In this document: piece after piece, positions 30,250 to 38,609 of the stretch
Layout: every line of letters starts with the position of its first letter
How positions within the stretch are numbered: the first letter of the stretch is position 1
Assembly: GCA_052145255.1 (NCBI GenBank)
Contig: JBKQOX010000026.1
Location: forward strand, 33,528-97,527
Direction of reading: 5' to 3'
Source of the DNA: Terracidiphilus sp.
Lineage (GTDB): Bacteria; Acidobacteriota; Terriglobia; Terriglobales; Acidobacteriaceae
Length of the DNA: 64,000 bases
The notes under the pieces: generated by a model
Seen by the model: only the letters and a program-made list of their open reading frames with translations
Databases searched by the model: none
Told to the model about the DNA's origin: nothing
Translations under genes and position numbers: made by a program

Positions 30250-30684
30250 TCAATGTTGATTGCTTGTCTGTTCAATTCCATATTGTATTGCTGCTTTAAG
30301 TACTTCGATTTTGATATCTGCGAGTGTTTTGAATTTGATGCAATACCCCGTGACGCTTGCTTTGCCGAGTTCCTTCCCAAATGTCCGGGCCAGGTACTTC
30401 TTGTCATTCACTCCCATAATGTAGACCGAAATGCCTGTTGTATTCGCACTGATACCGATTTGATAGAACTCCCTGGTTTTTCCATTGGCGGATTGAAGGT
30501 TTTGAGATCCATATCCAATGTTTGGGTTGGAAACGATTTTTCCTTTCTCGTCTTTTCCATCCAAGAACCACAATTTACATGTTGGCATCAACGCCAAAAT
30601 CATGGCTTGCAAATGCTGCATTTCGCTACGTTTTGGTTCCGGTTGAGTGGCAATATACTCCTTGATTTGTTTCTGCAAGTTCAT
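30250..30684 (-). CDS. DUF1801 family protein, AT-rich
   Basis: KLWFLDGKDEKGKIVSNPNIGYG, FYQIGISANTTGISVY, GKASVTGYCIKFK; about 40-42% GC in two 60-nt lines counted; AAGGAG SD. Confidence 0.85.
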   Translation of the reverse strand: MNLQKQIKEYIATQPEPKRSEMQHLQAMILALMPTCKLWFLDGKDEKGKIVSNPNIGYGSQNLQSANGKTREFYQIGISANTTGISVYIMGVNDKKYLARTFGKELGKASVTGYCIKFKTLADIKIEVLKAAIQYGIEQTSNQH

Positions 30685-30932
30685 GGATATCTCCTTGGCT
30701 TAGCGGTACCAATCCAGTGCTGCGGGAACCATCGGATTAGAGTCGGCTTGCCAGGCTCCGTAAATCGATCAGAATGATACCGGATTCTGTTTACTCATTG
30801 CCAGCGCTCTGAAATCACGGCTGACGACTTCAGGCGAGGCGCTCATCCAGCCTGCGGCCTTTTCTCAATGCAGGGTCGGCACCGACAAACGCCTCAGCGT
30901 CCTAGAATCGAGTTGTGCCTGGATTGTGGCAA

Positions 30933-31646
30933 ATGCGCGCGCTTCCCTTCCTCGTCGTCGCCTGGGCTATCGCTTTAGGCATGACGGCGGCGGCGCAGGC
31001 TCAGAACGAGGCTCAGCGTCCATCGTTCGAAATCCTGACGCATCGCATGGATGTCGACGTGGATGGAGCTCCGAACGCCTACGGACCGACGGACAAGGAG
31101 ACGCTCGACGTCCTTCTGGATGCGCACTACCTTAATCGAGCTGATGAGCCGATCGTCGGTTATTTGACGGACGAGCACAGACGCCCCATTCTGCAAGGGC
31201 CAAACGATCCCTTCCCGGGCTACTACATTTCTCAGACCGCCTTTGCCGACATTGAGAATCAAAATGAACGTGACCCTCGGCGCTACGTGGACGCCCGCAA
31301 CATTAATTACGTGGTTCGCGGCAACAAGGCCCGGCGGCACGGCGTGAAGGTGGGCGACTTTGTGTCGGTCTATTCGAAACGCACGCAGAAGAGCGTGTTT
31401 GCGATTGTCGGAGACACGGGCAATCCCACAGGCAACGAAGGCTCGCTTCACTTATTGCAGGATCTGGGATATCCGTTTCACGACGGCAAGAACGAGTCGG
31501 TTGAAAAACGCGAGATCGTGATCCGGTTCTACCCAAACTCCAACCCGGAGCAACGATTCTTCTTTACTCAGGCAGAACTGGACGATGCAGCGACAAAGTT
31601 TGGGTTGAGCCGGGATTTCTCAGCCTCTCGTGTAGCGAATCGATGA
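30933..31646 (+). CDS. Secreted GH75 (fungal-type chitosanase)-like protein
   Basis: Signal peptide; MDVDVDGAPNAY, YVDARNINYVV, FAIVGDTG...NEGS. Confidence 0.7.
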   Translation: MRALPFLVVAWAIALGMTAAAQAQNEAQRPSFEILTHRMDVDVDGAPNAYGPTDKETLDVLLDAHYLNRADEPIVGYLTDEHRRPILQGPNDPFPGYYISQTAFADIENQNERDPRRYVDARNINYVVRGNKARRHGVKVGDFVSVYSKRTQKSVFAIVGDTGNPTGNEGSLHLLQDLGYPFHDGKNESVEKREIVIRFYPNSNPEQRFFFTQAELDDAATKFGLSRDFSASRVANR

Positions 31647-31730
31647 AGCGCACCGACGCTACCGGTTATGGGTGGCGGCGAAGTTTTTAGAGCTGGTTGC
31701 ATAAATCCCCTAAGCCGGCTTCAAAGACTT

Positions 31731-31790
31731 CCTCAGGGGCTAAAGCCCCGCTGTTTATGCGCCTTATGCGGCACGACTGAAGTCGTGCCC
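31731..31790. repeat. Pair of REP-like palindromes
   Basis: GGGGCTAAAGCCCC (31736-31749) and GGCACGACTGAAGTCGTGCC (31770-31789). Confidence 0.75.
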
Positions 31791-31830
31791 TGATACAAAG
31801 CCATTTATGAAACTGATTGTAGAAGCAACC

Positions 31831-31878
31831 GCAGATCCTTCGTCCCCGTCGCTACGCTCGGGGCCCTCAGGATGACAG
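31831..31878. repeat. REP/MITE-like element of the GCAGATCCTTCG...CTCAGGATGACA type
   Basis: GCAGATCCTTCG, internal CCCCG...CGGGG hairpin, CTCAGGATGACA. Confidence 0.65.
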
Positions 31879-31911
31879 GGCAATAGGGAAGGCGCCAGCG
31901 CGGCAGTGGAT

Positions 31912-32898
31912 CTAGGGCGCGATGTCAGGCGTGGGCGTGGGCGCGGGCTTTAACGGCCGGAACAGCCACACCAGCAGCAACGTAAACAGCAGCCCGCCCA
32001 CCGTGAATTTGAGCGGGATGGGCGCGTTTGACGGCGAGAAAAATCCTTCGAGCGATCCGGCGATGATGAGCAGCGGAATGACGCCGGAGATGAGCCGCGT
32101 GGCTTCAACGCCGGCCAGCGCAATGGAGTCGCGCCGGCGATAGAGCCCGGGAAATAAAACTCCATGAGCGAGACGCAATCCGGCCCCGCCGGAAAGAACG
32201 ATAGATGGCAACTCAAGCGACCCGTGCGGCGCGACGAAACTCCACAGGTCAACCGACATTCCGTGTTGCGCGCAGGCCACCCCGACGACGCCGAGCAAGA
32301 GCCCGTTAAAGAACATGGACCACACCGGCCCCAGGCCGAAGACGATGCCGCCGGCAAAGGCGACAAAGCAGACGGTCAGATTGTTGGTCATGATCCGGCT
32401 GGCTTCCTTGGGCGCCACTGCAACAATCGACTTCGTCCACATCTCGTGGCGATCAATGGTCTCGACCATCGCCGGCCCCAGCATGTGGCGCATGAACTGC
32501 GGACGCGCGAGCGTGAGAACCGACCCGAGCAATGCGCCGGCCAGCGTGAGCACCAACGCCAGCAGCACATAGCGAATCTGGCGCTGCACGGTGGCCGGAT
32601 ACTCGTCGCGCAGGAAATAGAAAATCTTGAGGAAGCCTTTGCGGCGGCTGGAATAGATGATATGGTGGGCGCGAGCCAATAACTGGTTGACGTGCTCGGC
32701 ATAAGCGCGCGCCGTCGAGTCCTGGCGCAGCGTGGACAAGTCGCTCGCCGCCTGGCGATAGAGCAGCGCGGTTTCGCGCAGCTCTTCGCGGGAAAGCTGG
32801 CGCACGCCGCCTGTCGTGGCCTCGCCCAGCAGCGCGGCAAGGCGGTCCCAGTAGGGGCGGCGTTTCGCGAGCCACTGATTGGAGAGAATAGTCGCCAT
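31912..32898 (-). CDS. SpoIIM (DUF95) family membrane protein
   Basis: LYRQAASDLS, IMTNNLTVCFVAF, FNGLLLG, VAPHGSLELPSI, IIAGSLEGFFSP. Confidence 0.9.
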   Translation of the reverse strand: MATILSNQWLAKRRPYWDRLAALLGEATTGGVRQLSREELRETALLYRQAASDLSTLRQDSTARAYAEHVNQLLARAHHIIYSSRRKGFLKIFYFLRDEYPATVQRQIRYVLLALVLTLAGALLGSVLTLARPQFMRHMLGPAMVETIDRHEMWTKSIVAVAPKEASRIMTNNLTVCFVAFAGGIVFGLGPVWSMFFNGLLLGVVGVACAQHGMSVDLWSFVAPHGSLELPSIVLSGGAGLRLAHGVLFPGLYRRRDSIALAGVEATRLISGVIPLLIIAGSLEGFFSPSNAPIPLKFTVGGLLFTLLLVWLFRPLKPAPTPTPDIAP

Positions 32899-33757
32899 GG
32901 GGCCGATTGGAGATCAGCTTAACATTGACACCCCGGAGCTCGTGGCGATCGAGTTGCCGCTGGCCGGAATCGGCAGCCGCTTTATTGCGATTCTCGTCGA
33001 CTCTCTCATTTGGGGATTCATCTTTTTCATTCTTGGCCTTCTGGCCGCCATCATTCTTCCGGCGCTGCATTTTTTCGGCGGCGTTTCAGCCGACTGGGCC
33101 GTCGGCATCATCGGCCTTATCGTCTTCCTTCTGCTCTGGGGCTATTTCGCGCTCTTTGAGGCCTTCGGCAACGGCCGCACGCCGGGCAAGCGAGTGGCTC
33201 ATGTTCGCGTGATTCACCAGTCAGGACGCGGCATTAATTTTGTTGAGGCCCTGGCGCGCAACCTGGTGCGGTTCGTGGACTTTCTGCCATTCTTCTTCGC
33301 GGTGGGCGTTGTCGCCATGTTCCTCAGCAAGCGCAGTCAACGTCTCGGCGACATGGTTGCGGGGACGCTGGTGGTTCGCGACCGCGAGGTCGATTCGCCG
33401 AATTGGGGCGAGACCAGCGGGCGAACGATTACGGCGCCCACGCTGGTGACGGAGTCGGCGATCGCTGCGCCAGGTTCGGCAGCAACGAATGCCGGCCCGT
33501 GGGGTGGTCCGCCGCATCTGCGCGTTGTGCTGCCGGCGCCGGCGCTGGCGAAGTTGTCTGCATCCGATCTCGAAGTGCTTGAGGGATTTTTCTCGCGGCG
33601 CCTGGATATGGATCTGACTACGCGCGCTGCTTTGGCCAGCCGCATTGCCACGGCTCTCTGCGCCAAGTCGGGCCTGGTGATTCCGCCCGACACGAGCGTG
33701 GAAACTTTTCTCGAGGCAGTGGCTCACCAGTTCCGCGAGCAGGCGCGGATGAGCTGA
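32897..33757 (+). CDS. RDD family membrane protein
   Basis: IDTPELVAIELPLAGIGSRFIAILVD, YFALFEAFGNGRTPGKR, LARNLVRFVD, QRLGDMVAGTLVV. Confidence 0.92.
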   Translation: MGPIGDQLNIDTPELVAIELPLAGIGSRFIAILVDSLIWGFIFFILGLLAAIILPALHFFGGVSADWAVGIIGLIVFLLLWGYFALFEAFGNGRTPGKRVAHVRVIHQSGRGINFVEALARNLVRFVDFLPFFFAVGVVAMFLSKRSQRLGDMVAGTLVVRDREVDSPNWGETSGRTITAPTLVTESAIAAPGSAATNAGPWGGPPHLRVVLPAPALAKLSASDLEVLEGFFSRRLDMDLTTRAALASRIATALCAKSGLVIPPDTSVETFLEAVAHQFREQARMS

Positions 33758-33843
33758 AACGTAAAGGCCGAATCGGTTCTTCAAGAGCAACCCGGCGTTG
33801 CGGCAGACTTAGCCTTACGCCGGGCGCTCTCAGCAATCGGCCG

Positions 33844-35385
33844 CTAGGGCGTGAACTCCCAAAGGTCATTGAGCCTCACCCAATCTCCTGAGACGGAGTC
33901 GTCGGTTTCGTAGCCTCCGAAGATCCAGACATTCCCAGAGGAATCTTTCCAGGTCATGCTGCTGTTCCGTCCCCCAGGAATGTTGCCTGAGGCTCCAGTC
34001 CCCTCTGTTCCGTAGGTCGCGGCCGCCGCGCCGTTGGTCCCGCCTGCATCCGATCCGCCCATCCAGGTCCATTCGCCCGAGGTTGGGCTATACCTCCACA
34101 GGTCGTTGTAGCTTTCGTCCCCGTTATTCGCGAAGACCCCGCCGCCGAAGAGCCACAGATCTCCCGATGAGTCTGTCCAGACTGAGCTGCCCGAGCGCGC
34201 CCCAGGCACGTCGCCGGCCGCCGCGGTTCCCTCCGTCCCGTATGTTCCCAGTGCGTTTGCGATGTTCGACCCGCTGGCCCACGTCCATTGGCCGCTTGTG
34301 GGACTGTATTTCCAAAGGTCATTGAGCAGCTCCTCGTCGCACTGGCCGGTCCCAACCGAATCGCAGCCGTTCCCGCCAAAGAGCCACAGATTGCCGGATG
34401 AGTCGATCCAGCCCATCGCACCGCTTCGTCCGCCGGGCATATTGCCGGCCGCCGCCGTCCCCTCGGTTCCGTAGACTCCGTTTTGCCGCGCCACATCAGG
34501 CCCGCTCATCCATGCCCATTGGCTGGTGCCTGGGCTGAACTTCCAAAGATCGCCGAGGGGTCCACTTTTGCCTGTCGAGTCGTAACCGTACCCGCCGAAG
34601 AGCCAGAAATTGCCCGAGGCGTCGGTCCATGTGACCGACGAATCTCTTGCACCGGGAATATTTCCAGCAGCCGCCTTTCCAAGGGTCCCGTAGGTCCCCT
34701 CCTGGCCGGCGAAATTCGAGCCGACCACCCACTCCCAATATCCCGTCGTCGGAGAGAACTCCCAAAGGTCGTTGAGGTAGCCCTCGTCGCCCGCCGAGTC
34801 GTAACCCTGCCCGCCGAAGAGCCAGAAATTGCCCGAAGCGTCCTTCCAGGTGGCAGACGAGTCTCGTGATCCAGGCAGGTTACCGGGGGCTGCCGTCCCC
34901 AGGCCGTAAATCCCTGCTTTGTTGTCGGCGGTTGATGATCCACTCATCCAGATCCATTCGCCTTGGCTGGGGCTGTACATCCAAAGGTCGTTGAGGTATC
35001 CCCAGCCGGTCGTTAAGCTGGCCGACAACTCACCCGCACCGCCGAAGAGCCAGAAGCGGCCGGAGGCATCGGTCCAGCCCGCAGACGCAATCCGTGCTCC
35101 GGGCACGTTGGCGGCGGCTGGCGTCCCGAGGAATCCGTATGTGCCCAGTTGGTCGGCGGTGCTGCTGCCGTCGACCCAGGTCCATGTGCCGTAGGTGAAG
35201 GGGGTTGAGCCGCCTCCACCCGATCCACCCGAACCACCAGAACCGCCGGATCCTCCGGTTGACACGGTCCCGCTCGACCCGCCGCAACCAGCGAGAGCGC
35301 CAACAAGGCTGACGCACGCCATCAGGGCGCAGAATCGCACGCCTGAAACCATCCAATCACCGCACTTAACCACACTTTTCTTCAT
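33844..35385 (-). CDS. Kelch/galactose-oxidase-type beta-propeller lipoprotein with six repeats
   Basis: Lipobox LAGC, Gly/Ser linker, six W(L/I)FGG...NDLW-type repeats; start may be 35385 or the later MVSG. Confidence 0.85.
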   Translation of the reverse strand: MKKSVVKCGDWMVSGVRFCALMACVSLVGALAGCGGSSGTVSTGGSGGSGGSGGSGGGGSTPFTYGTWTWVDGSSTADQLGTYGFLGTPAAANVPGARIASAGWTDASGRFWLFGGAGELSASLTTGWGYLNDLWMYSPSQGEWIWMSGSSTADNKAGIYGLGTAAPGNLPGSRDSSATWKDASGNFWLFGGQGYDSAGDEGYLNDLWEFSPTTGYWEWVVGSNFAGQEGTYGTLGKAAAGNIPGARDSSVTWTDASGNFWLFGGYGYDSTGKSGPLGDLWKFSPGTSQWAWMSGPDVARQNGVYGTEGTAAAGNMPGGRSGAMGWIDSSGNLWLFGGNGCDSVGTGQCDEELLNDLWKYSPTSGQWTWASGSNIANALGTYGTEGTAAAGDVPGARSGSSVWTDSSGDLWLFGGGVFANNGDESYNDLWRYSPTSGEWTWMGGSDAGGTNGAAAATYGTEGTGASGNIPGGRNSSMTWKDSSGNVWIFGGYETDDSVSGDWVRLNDLWEFTP

Positions 35386-35618
35386 GAACAACCCCCTGCC
35401 TTGGTTTGGGCGATCCGTTCGAAGATGAGCTGATGAAGCTTGGGGAGGCTCGCCTGAATCGAAACGAATCGGTGCCTACGCTGCTCGAACAGTCGGCAGG
35501 CCGGTCGACCGAGTGATCCTGTTGATGCCCCCCAGACTCACTCGACCGGTCAGATTGCCTGCCGTTCTCTGTGAGCTTTATCGATGAGGAGCTGCAGAGG
35601 GTAGTCTCAACATGCCTC

Positions 35619-35630
35619 TGTAACGTTACA
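35619..35630. promoter_or_regulatory. Perfect palindrome TGTAACGTTACA, possible LacI-family operator
   Basis: 12-bp perfect palindrome with central CG in the divergent kelch/ssb intergenic region. Confidence 0.45.
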
Positions 35631-35813
35631 AGCGACCATTCGCCAGACTTTGCAGCTGGTCCCTACCCTGGTTCCATCAAAATCGGGGTCGATTTTTGAT
35701 CACGGCGCGAGGGTTCTTCAGTTTATGGGATAAAAACAGGACGCCCGGCGCAGCGACGCTGCGAGCGGGTCAAGCGGAAACCTTTATACTTTCGAAGACA
35801 GGAGAGCGAGAAC

Positions 35814-36287
35814 ATGGCGAAGAGCGTAAACAAAGTCATTCTTCTAGGCAACGTAGGCAAGGACCCCGAGATTCGCACTACACCCAGCGGTACTATAGTG
35901 GCCACCTTTGGACTTGCCACTAGCGACAACCAGAAGGATGCGCAGGGCAATTGGCAGGAGCACACCGAATGGCACAACCTGGTCGCTTTCAAGCGCACCG
36001 CCGAAATTGTCCGCGATTATGTGAAGAAGGGCTCCAAGCTTTACATCGAAGGCAAAATCCAGACGCGCAGCTGGGAAGACAAGGACACCAAGGCCAAGCG
36101 CTACCGTACAGAGATCATCGTGAACGATCTTTCGCTGCTCTCCGGCCGCGACGATTCATCGGGCGGTGGGTACAGCCGATCGTCGAGCTCCGCAAACGCC
36201 GCGGTGAACGAAGACCAGCGCGTGCCCGCCGCCGCGGACGATTTCGCACAGTCTGCCGAAATCTCCGACGACGACATTCCGTTCTGA
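35814..36287 (+). CDS. ssb: Single-stranded DNA-binding protein
   Basis: SVNKVILLGNVGKDPEIR, TEWHN, KGSKLYIEGKIQTRSW, C-terminal DDDIPF. Confidence 0.98.
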   Translation: MAKSVNKVILLGNVGKDPEIRTTPSGTIVATFGLATSDNQKDAQGNWQEHTEWHNLVAFKRTAEIVRDYVKKGSKLYIEGKIQTRSWEDKDTKAKRYRTEIIVNDLSLLSGRDDSSGGGYSRSSSSANAAVNEDQRVPAAADDFAQSAEISDDDIPF

Positions 36288-36329
36288 AGGCAGGGAATAG
36301 GGATTAGGGAACAGGGATTAGTGACTAGG
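36288..36329 (+). repeat. Heptamer GGGA(A/T)(T/C)A tandem tract with a G-quadruplex pattern
   Basis: AGGC-AGGGAATAGGGATTAGGGAACAGGGATTAGTGACTAGG immediately after the ssb stop. Confidence 0.75.
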
Positions 36330-36359
36330 AAAAGCCGCCGACTGAGACGGGCGGCTTTT
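36330..36359 (+). terminator. Intrinsic terminator after ssb
   Basis: AAAAGCCGCC...GGCGGCTTTT. Confidence 0.85.
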
Positions 36360-36399
36360 GCCTTCTGCGGTCTGGCATCTATCGCAAGGGAGAATAATA

Positions 36400-36948
36400 A
36401 TGAAAATGTTCTTTGTCGCTGCGCTGCTGGCCGTTTCGATGGCGCTGCCGGCGCAGGAGACGCGTCGCGAAGTCAGCCACGCTACCGGCAATCCGGCCGT
36501 CGACTCCAAGCCGAACAGCCCCGATGTGCCTGACGTCTTCGCCGTCAGCGGTCATCTGGACCGCGTGGTGGTTCTGCGCTTCAAGTTCGGCACCGATTTG
36601 CTTGCCGGCCTCGAAAAGATGATTGCTGAGCAGAAGATCAAGAACGCCGTGATTCTTGGCGCGGTGGGATCGGTGCGCGGCTACCAACTGCACATGGTTG
36701 CGAATCGCGACATGCCTTCAAAGCTCCTCTTCATCAAGAACCCGACTGCTCCGGCGGACATTATTGGCATGAGCGGCATTGTGATGAATGGCCGCGCACA
36801 TCCGCACATTACACTAGCAACTCCCGACAAGGTCATCGGCGGGCATCTGGAGCCGGAAACCACAGTCTTCACATTCGCTGTTGTGACTCTTGGCGTGCTC
36901 GACGACTCAATCGACATGAGCCGCTTCGACGATTCGAGCTACCGCTAG
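36400..36948 (+). CDS. PPC/DUF296 domain protein with an N-terminal signal peptide
   Basis: ATG 36400 after AGGGAG; MKMFFVAALLAVSMALPAQ; VVLRFKFGTDLL, GAVGSV, HPHITL, GGHL. Confidence 0.85.
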   Translation: MKMFFVAALLAVSMALPAQETRREVSHATGNPAVDSKPNSPDVPDVFAVSGHLDRVVVLRFKFGTDLLAGLEKMIAEQKIKNAVILGAVGSVRGYQLHMVANRDMPSKLLFIKNPTAPADIIGMSGIVMNGRAHPHITLATPDKVIGGHLEPETTVFTFAVVTLGVLDDSIDMSRFDDSSYR

Positions 36949-36951
36949 CGC

Positions 36952-38493
36952 CTACGCGGGCGATTCCTCTTGAGGTTCGCCCAACGGATCGTTGTCCCTG
37001 TCCGTCACTTCAGCAATCGCGGCCAGCCGCGCAGCCAACGCATCTGTCCAGCAATTCTCGGGCGCGCGCCAGCTCCAGTTCCCTGCCGGCACGGCGGGCG
37101 TATTCATGCGTGCCTCCGATCCCAGCTCCAGCAAGTCCTGCGCCGGCGCGATCGCCATCTCAGCCACGCTGGCCTCGGCAGCGCGAATCAGCGACCATGC
37201 CGGCCGATCGCCAACCGGACCCACAAGCGCTTCGACAGCCGCACGCTCCGCTTTGCTCGCGGAGTTCCACCAACCCTGCGTCGTGTCGTTATCGTGCGTG
37301 CCGGTGTAGGCCACGGTGTCCGCGGTAAACTTGTGCGGCAGATGCGTGTGCGCGGCTTTGTCGCTGAATCCGAACTGCAACACCTTCATCCCCGGCATTT
37401 TCAGTTCCTGCCGCATCGCCTCGACTTCCGGTGTGATGAGGCCAAGGTCCTCGGCCACCAGCGGCAGCGGTCCGAGCGCCGCTTCGAGCGCGCGAAACAG
37501 CTCCAGCCCCGGCGCCTTGATCCACTTGCCGTTGACCGCGGTTTTTTCTGCGGAGGGAATCGCCCAGTAGGCCTCGAATCCGCGAAAGTGGTCGAGGCGC
37601 ACAATGTCATAGAGATCCACGGCGCGGCGAATGCGATCGACCCACCAATCAAGTCCGCGGGCAGCCAGCACGTCCCAGCGATAAATAGGGTTGCCCCAGC
37701 GCTGGCCGGTCGGTGAAAAGTAGTCGGGCGGAACACCTGCGATGCGTATGGGCTTCAGGTCGTCGTCAAGCTCGAAGATTCCGGGATGAACCCACACGTC
37801 GGCCGAATCCATATTCACGAAAATGGCAACGTCGCCGAGGATTCGGATTGCGTTTTCATCCGCCGCAGCCTGCAATTTATCCCATTGTTGGGCGAAGGCG
37901 AATTGCAGCGCCCGCTCGATGGCGACCGCGCGAACGTGGTCCGCCTCAGCCTGCGCCAATGCCTGCGGATCGCGCCGCCGCAGCGGTTCCGGCCATTCGG
38001 TCCACGCGCCCGTTTTGAATTCGCGACGCAGCACGGCGTAAAGCGCATAGTCGTTGAGCCAGGCTGCCTCATCGCGGCAAAATGCCTCAAAATCGGCCCA
38101 CTGATCGGCGAGTGACGGCGAGTCGAGCCCGCGATCGAGAAAATTTCCGGCAGCTTCCTGAAGCAACGGCAGCTTCCGCGCTTCTACCTCATCGAAATTC
38201 ACAGCGCCGGAGCGGCCAGCCAGCTTTGCAATGCGCGCGCCGTCGATCCAGCCCCAGTCGGCGAGGTACTCCAGGCTGATGAGCGATGGATTTCCAGCGA
38301 ACGCCGACGACCCGGCGTAGGGCGAATTGCCATATCCCGTGGGACACAACGGCAAAACCTGCCATACGTGCTGCTTGGCGCGTGCCAGAAAGCTCACAAA
38401 CTCATGTGCCGCGGGACCCAGGTCGCCGATGCCTCCATAGGAAGGCAGCGAGCTCACGTGCAGCAAAACACCAGAGGATCGTTTGAACTCCAT
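36952..38493 (-). CDS. malQ: 4-alpha-glucanotransferase (amylomaltase, GH77)
   Basis: RSSGVLLHVSSLP, WQVLPL, SPY, ILGDVAIFV, GVPPDYFSPTGQRWGNP, RLDHFRG, AEDLG, YTGTHDNDT. Confidence 0.96.
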   Translation of the reverse strand: MEFKRSSGVLLHVSSLPSYGGIGDLGPAAHEFVSFLARAKQHVWQVLPLCPTGYGNSPYAGSSAFAGNPSLISLEYLADWGWIDGARIAKLAGRSGAVNFDEVEARKLPLLQEAAGNFLDRGLDSPSLADQWADFEAFCRDEAAWLNDYALYAVLRREFKTGAWTEWPEPLRRRDPQALAQAEADHVRAVAIERALQFAFAQQWDKLQAAADENAIRILGDVAIFVNMDSADVWVHPGIFELDDDLKPIRIAGVPPDYFSPTGQRWGNPIYRWDVLAARGLDWWVDRIRRAVDLYDIVRLDHFRGFEAYWAIPSAEKTAVNGKWIKAPGLELFRALEAALGPLPLVAEDLGLITPEVEAMRQELKMPGMKVLQFGFSDKAAHTHLPHKFTADTVAYTGTHDNDTTQGWWNSASKAERAAVEALVGPVGDRPAWSLIRAAEASVAEMAIAPAQDLLELGSEARMNTPAVPAGNWSWRAPENCWTDALAARLAAIAEVTDRDNDPLGEPQEESPA

Positions 38494-38609
38494 GGAGCAA
38501 TTATTGCAAGTGGGTCGCCGGACGCCGGAAGTGAGCCGCATTTGAGACAATGTTGGGCGTGTTCCCGCACAGATTTTTGTTGCGATCAACCGAACGAGGT
38601 GGCCCTCCT

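Noticed and set aside
33900-35200. DNA-level repeats inside the kelch gene as a separate repeat array
   Set aside because: Fully explained by the protein blade repeats
35430-35490. CTGATGA...GAAAC hammerhead-like and CAGCGTAGG TPP-riboswitch-like fragments
   Set aside because: Stem II lacks the G-C closing pair, there is no valid GUH cleavage triplet, and the TPP CUGAGA core is missing
35740-35813. LexA box upstream of ssb
   Set aside because: No GTTC-N7-GTTC or GAAC-N7-GAAC direct repeat was found
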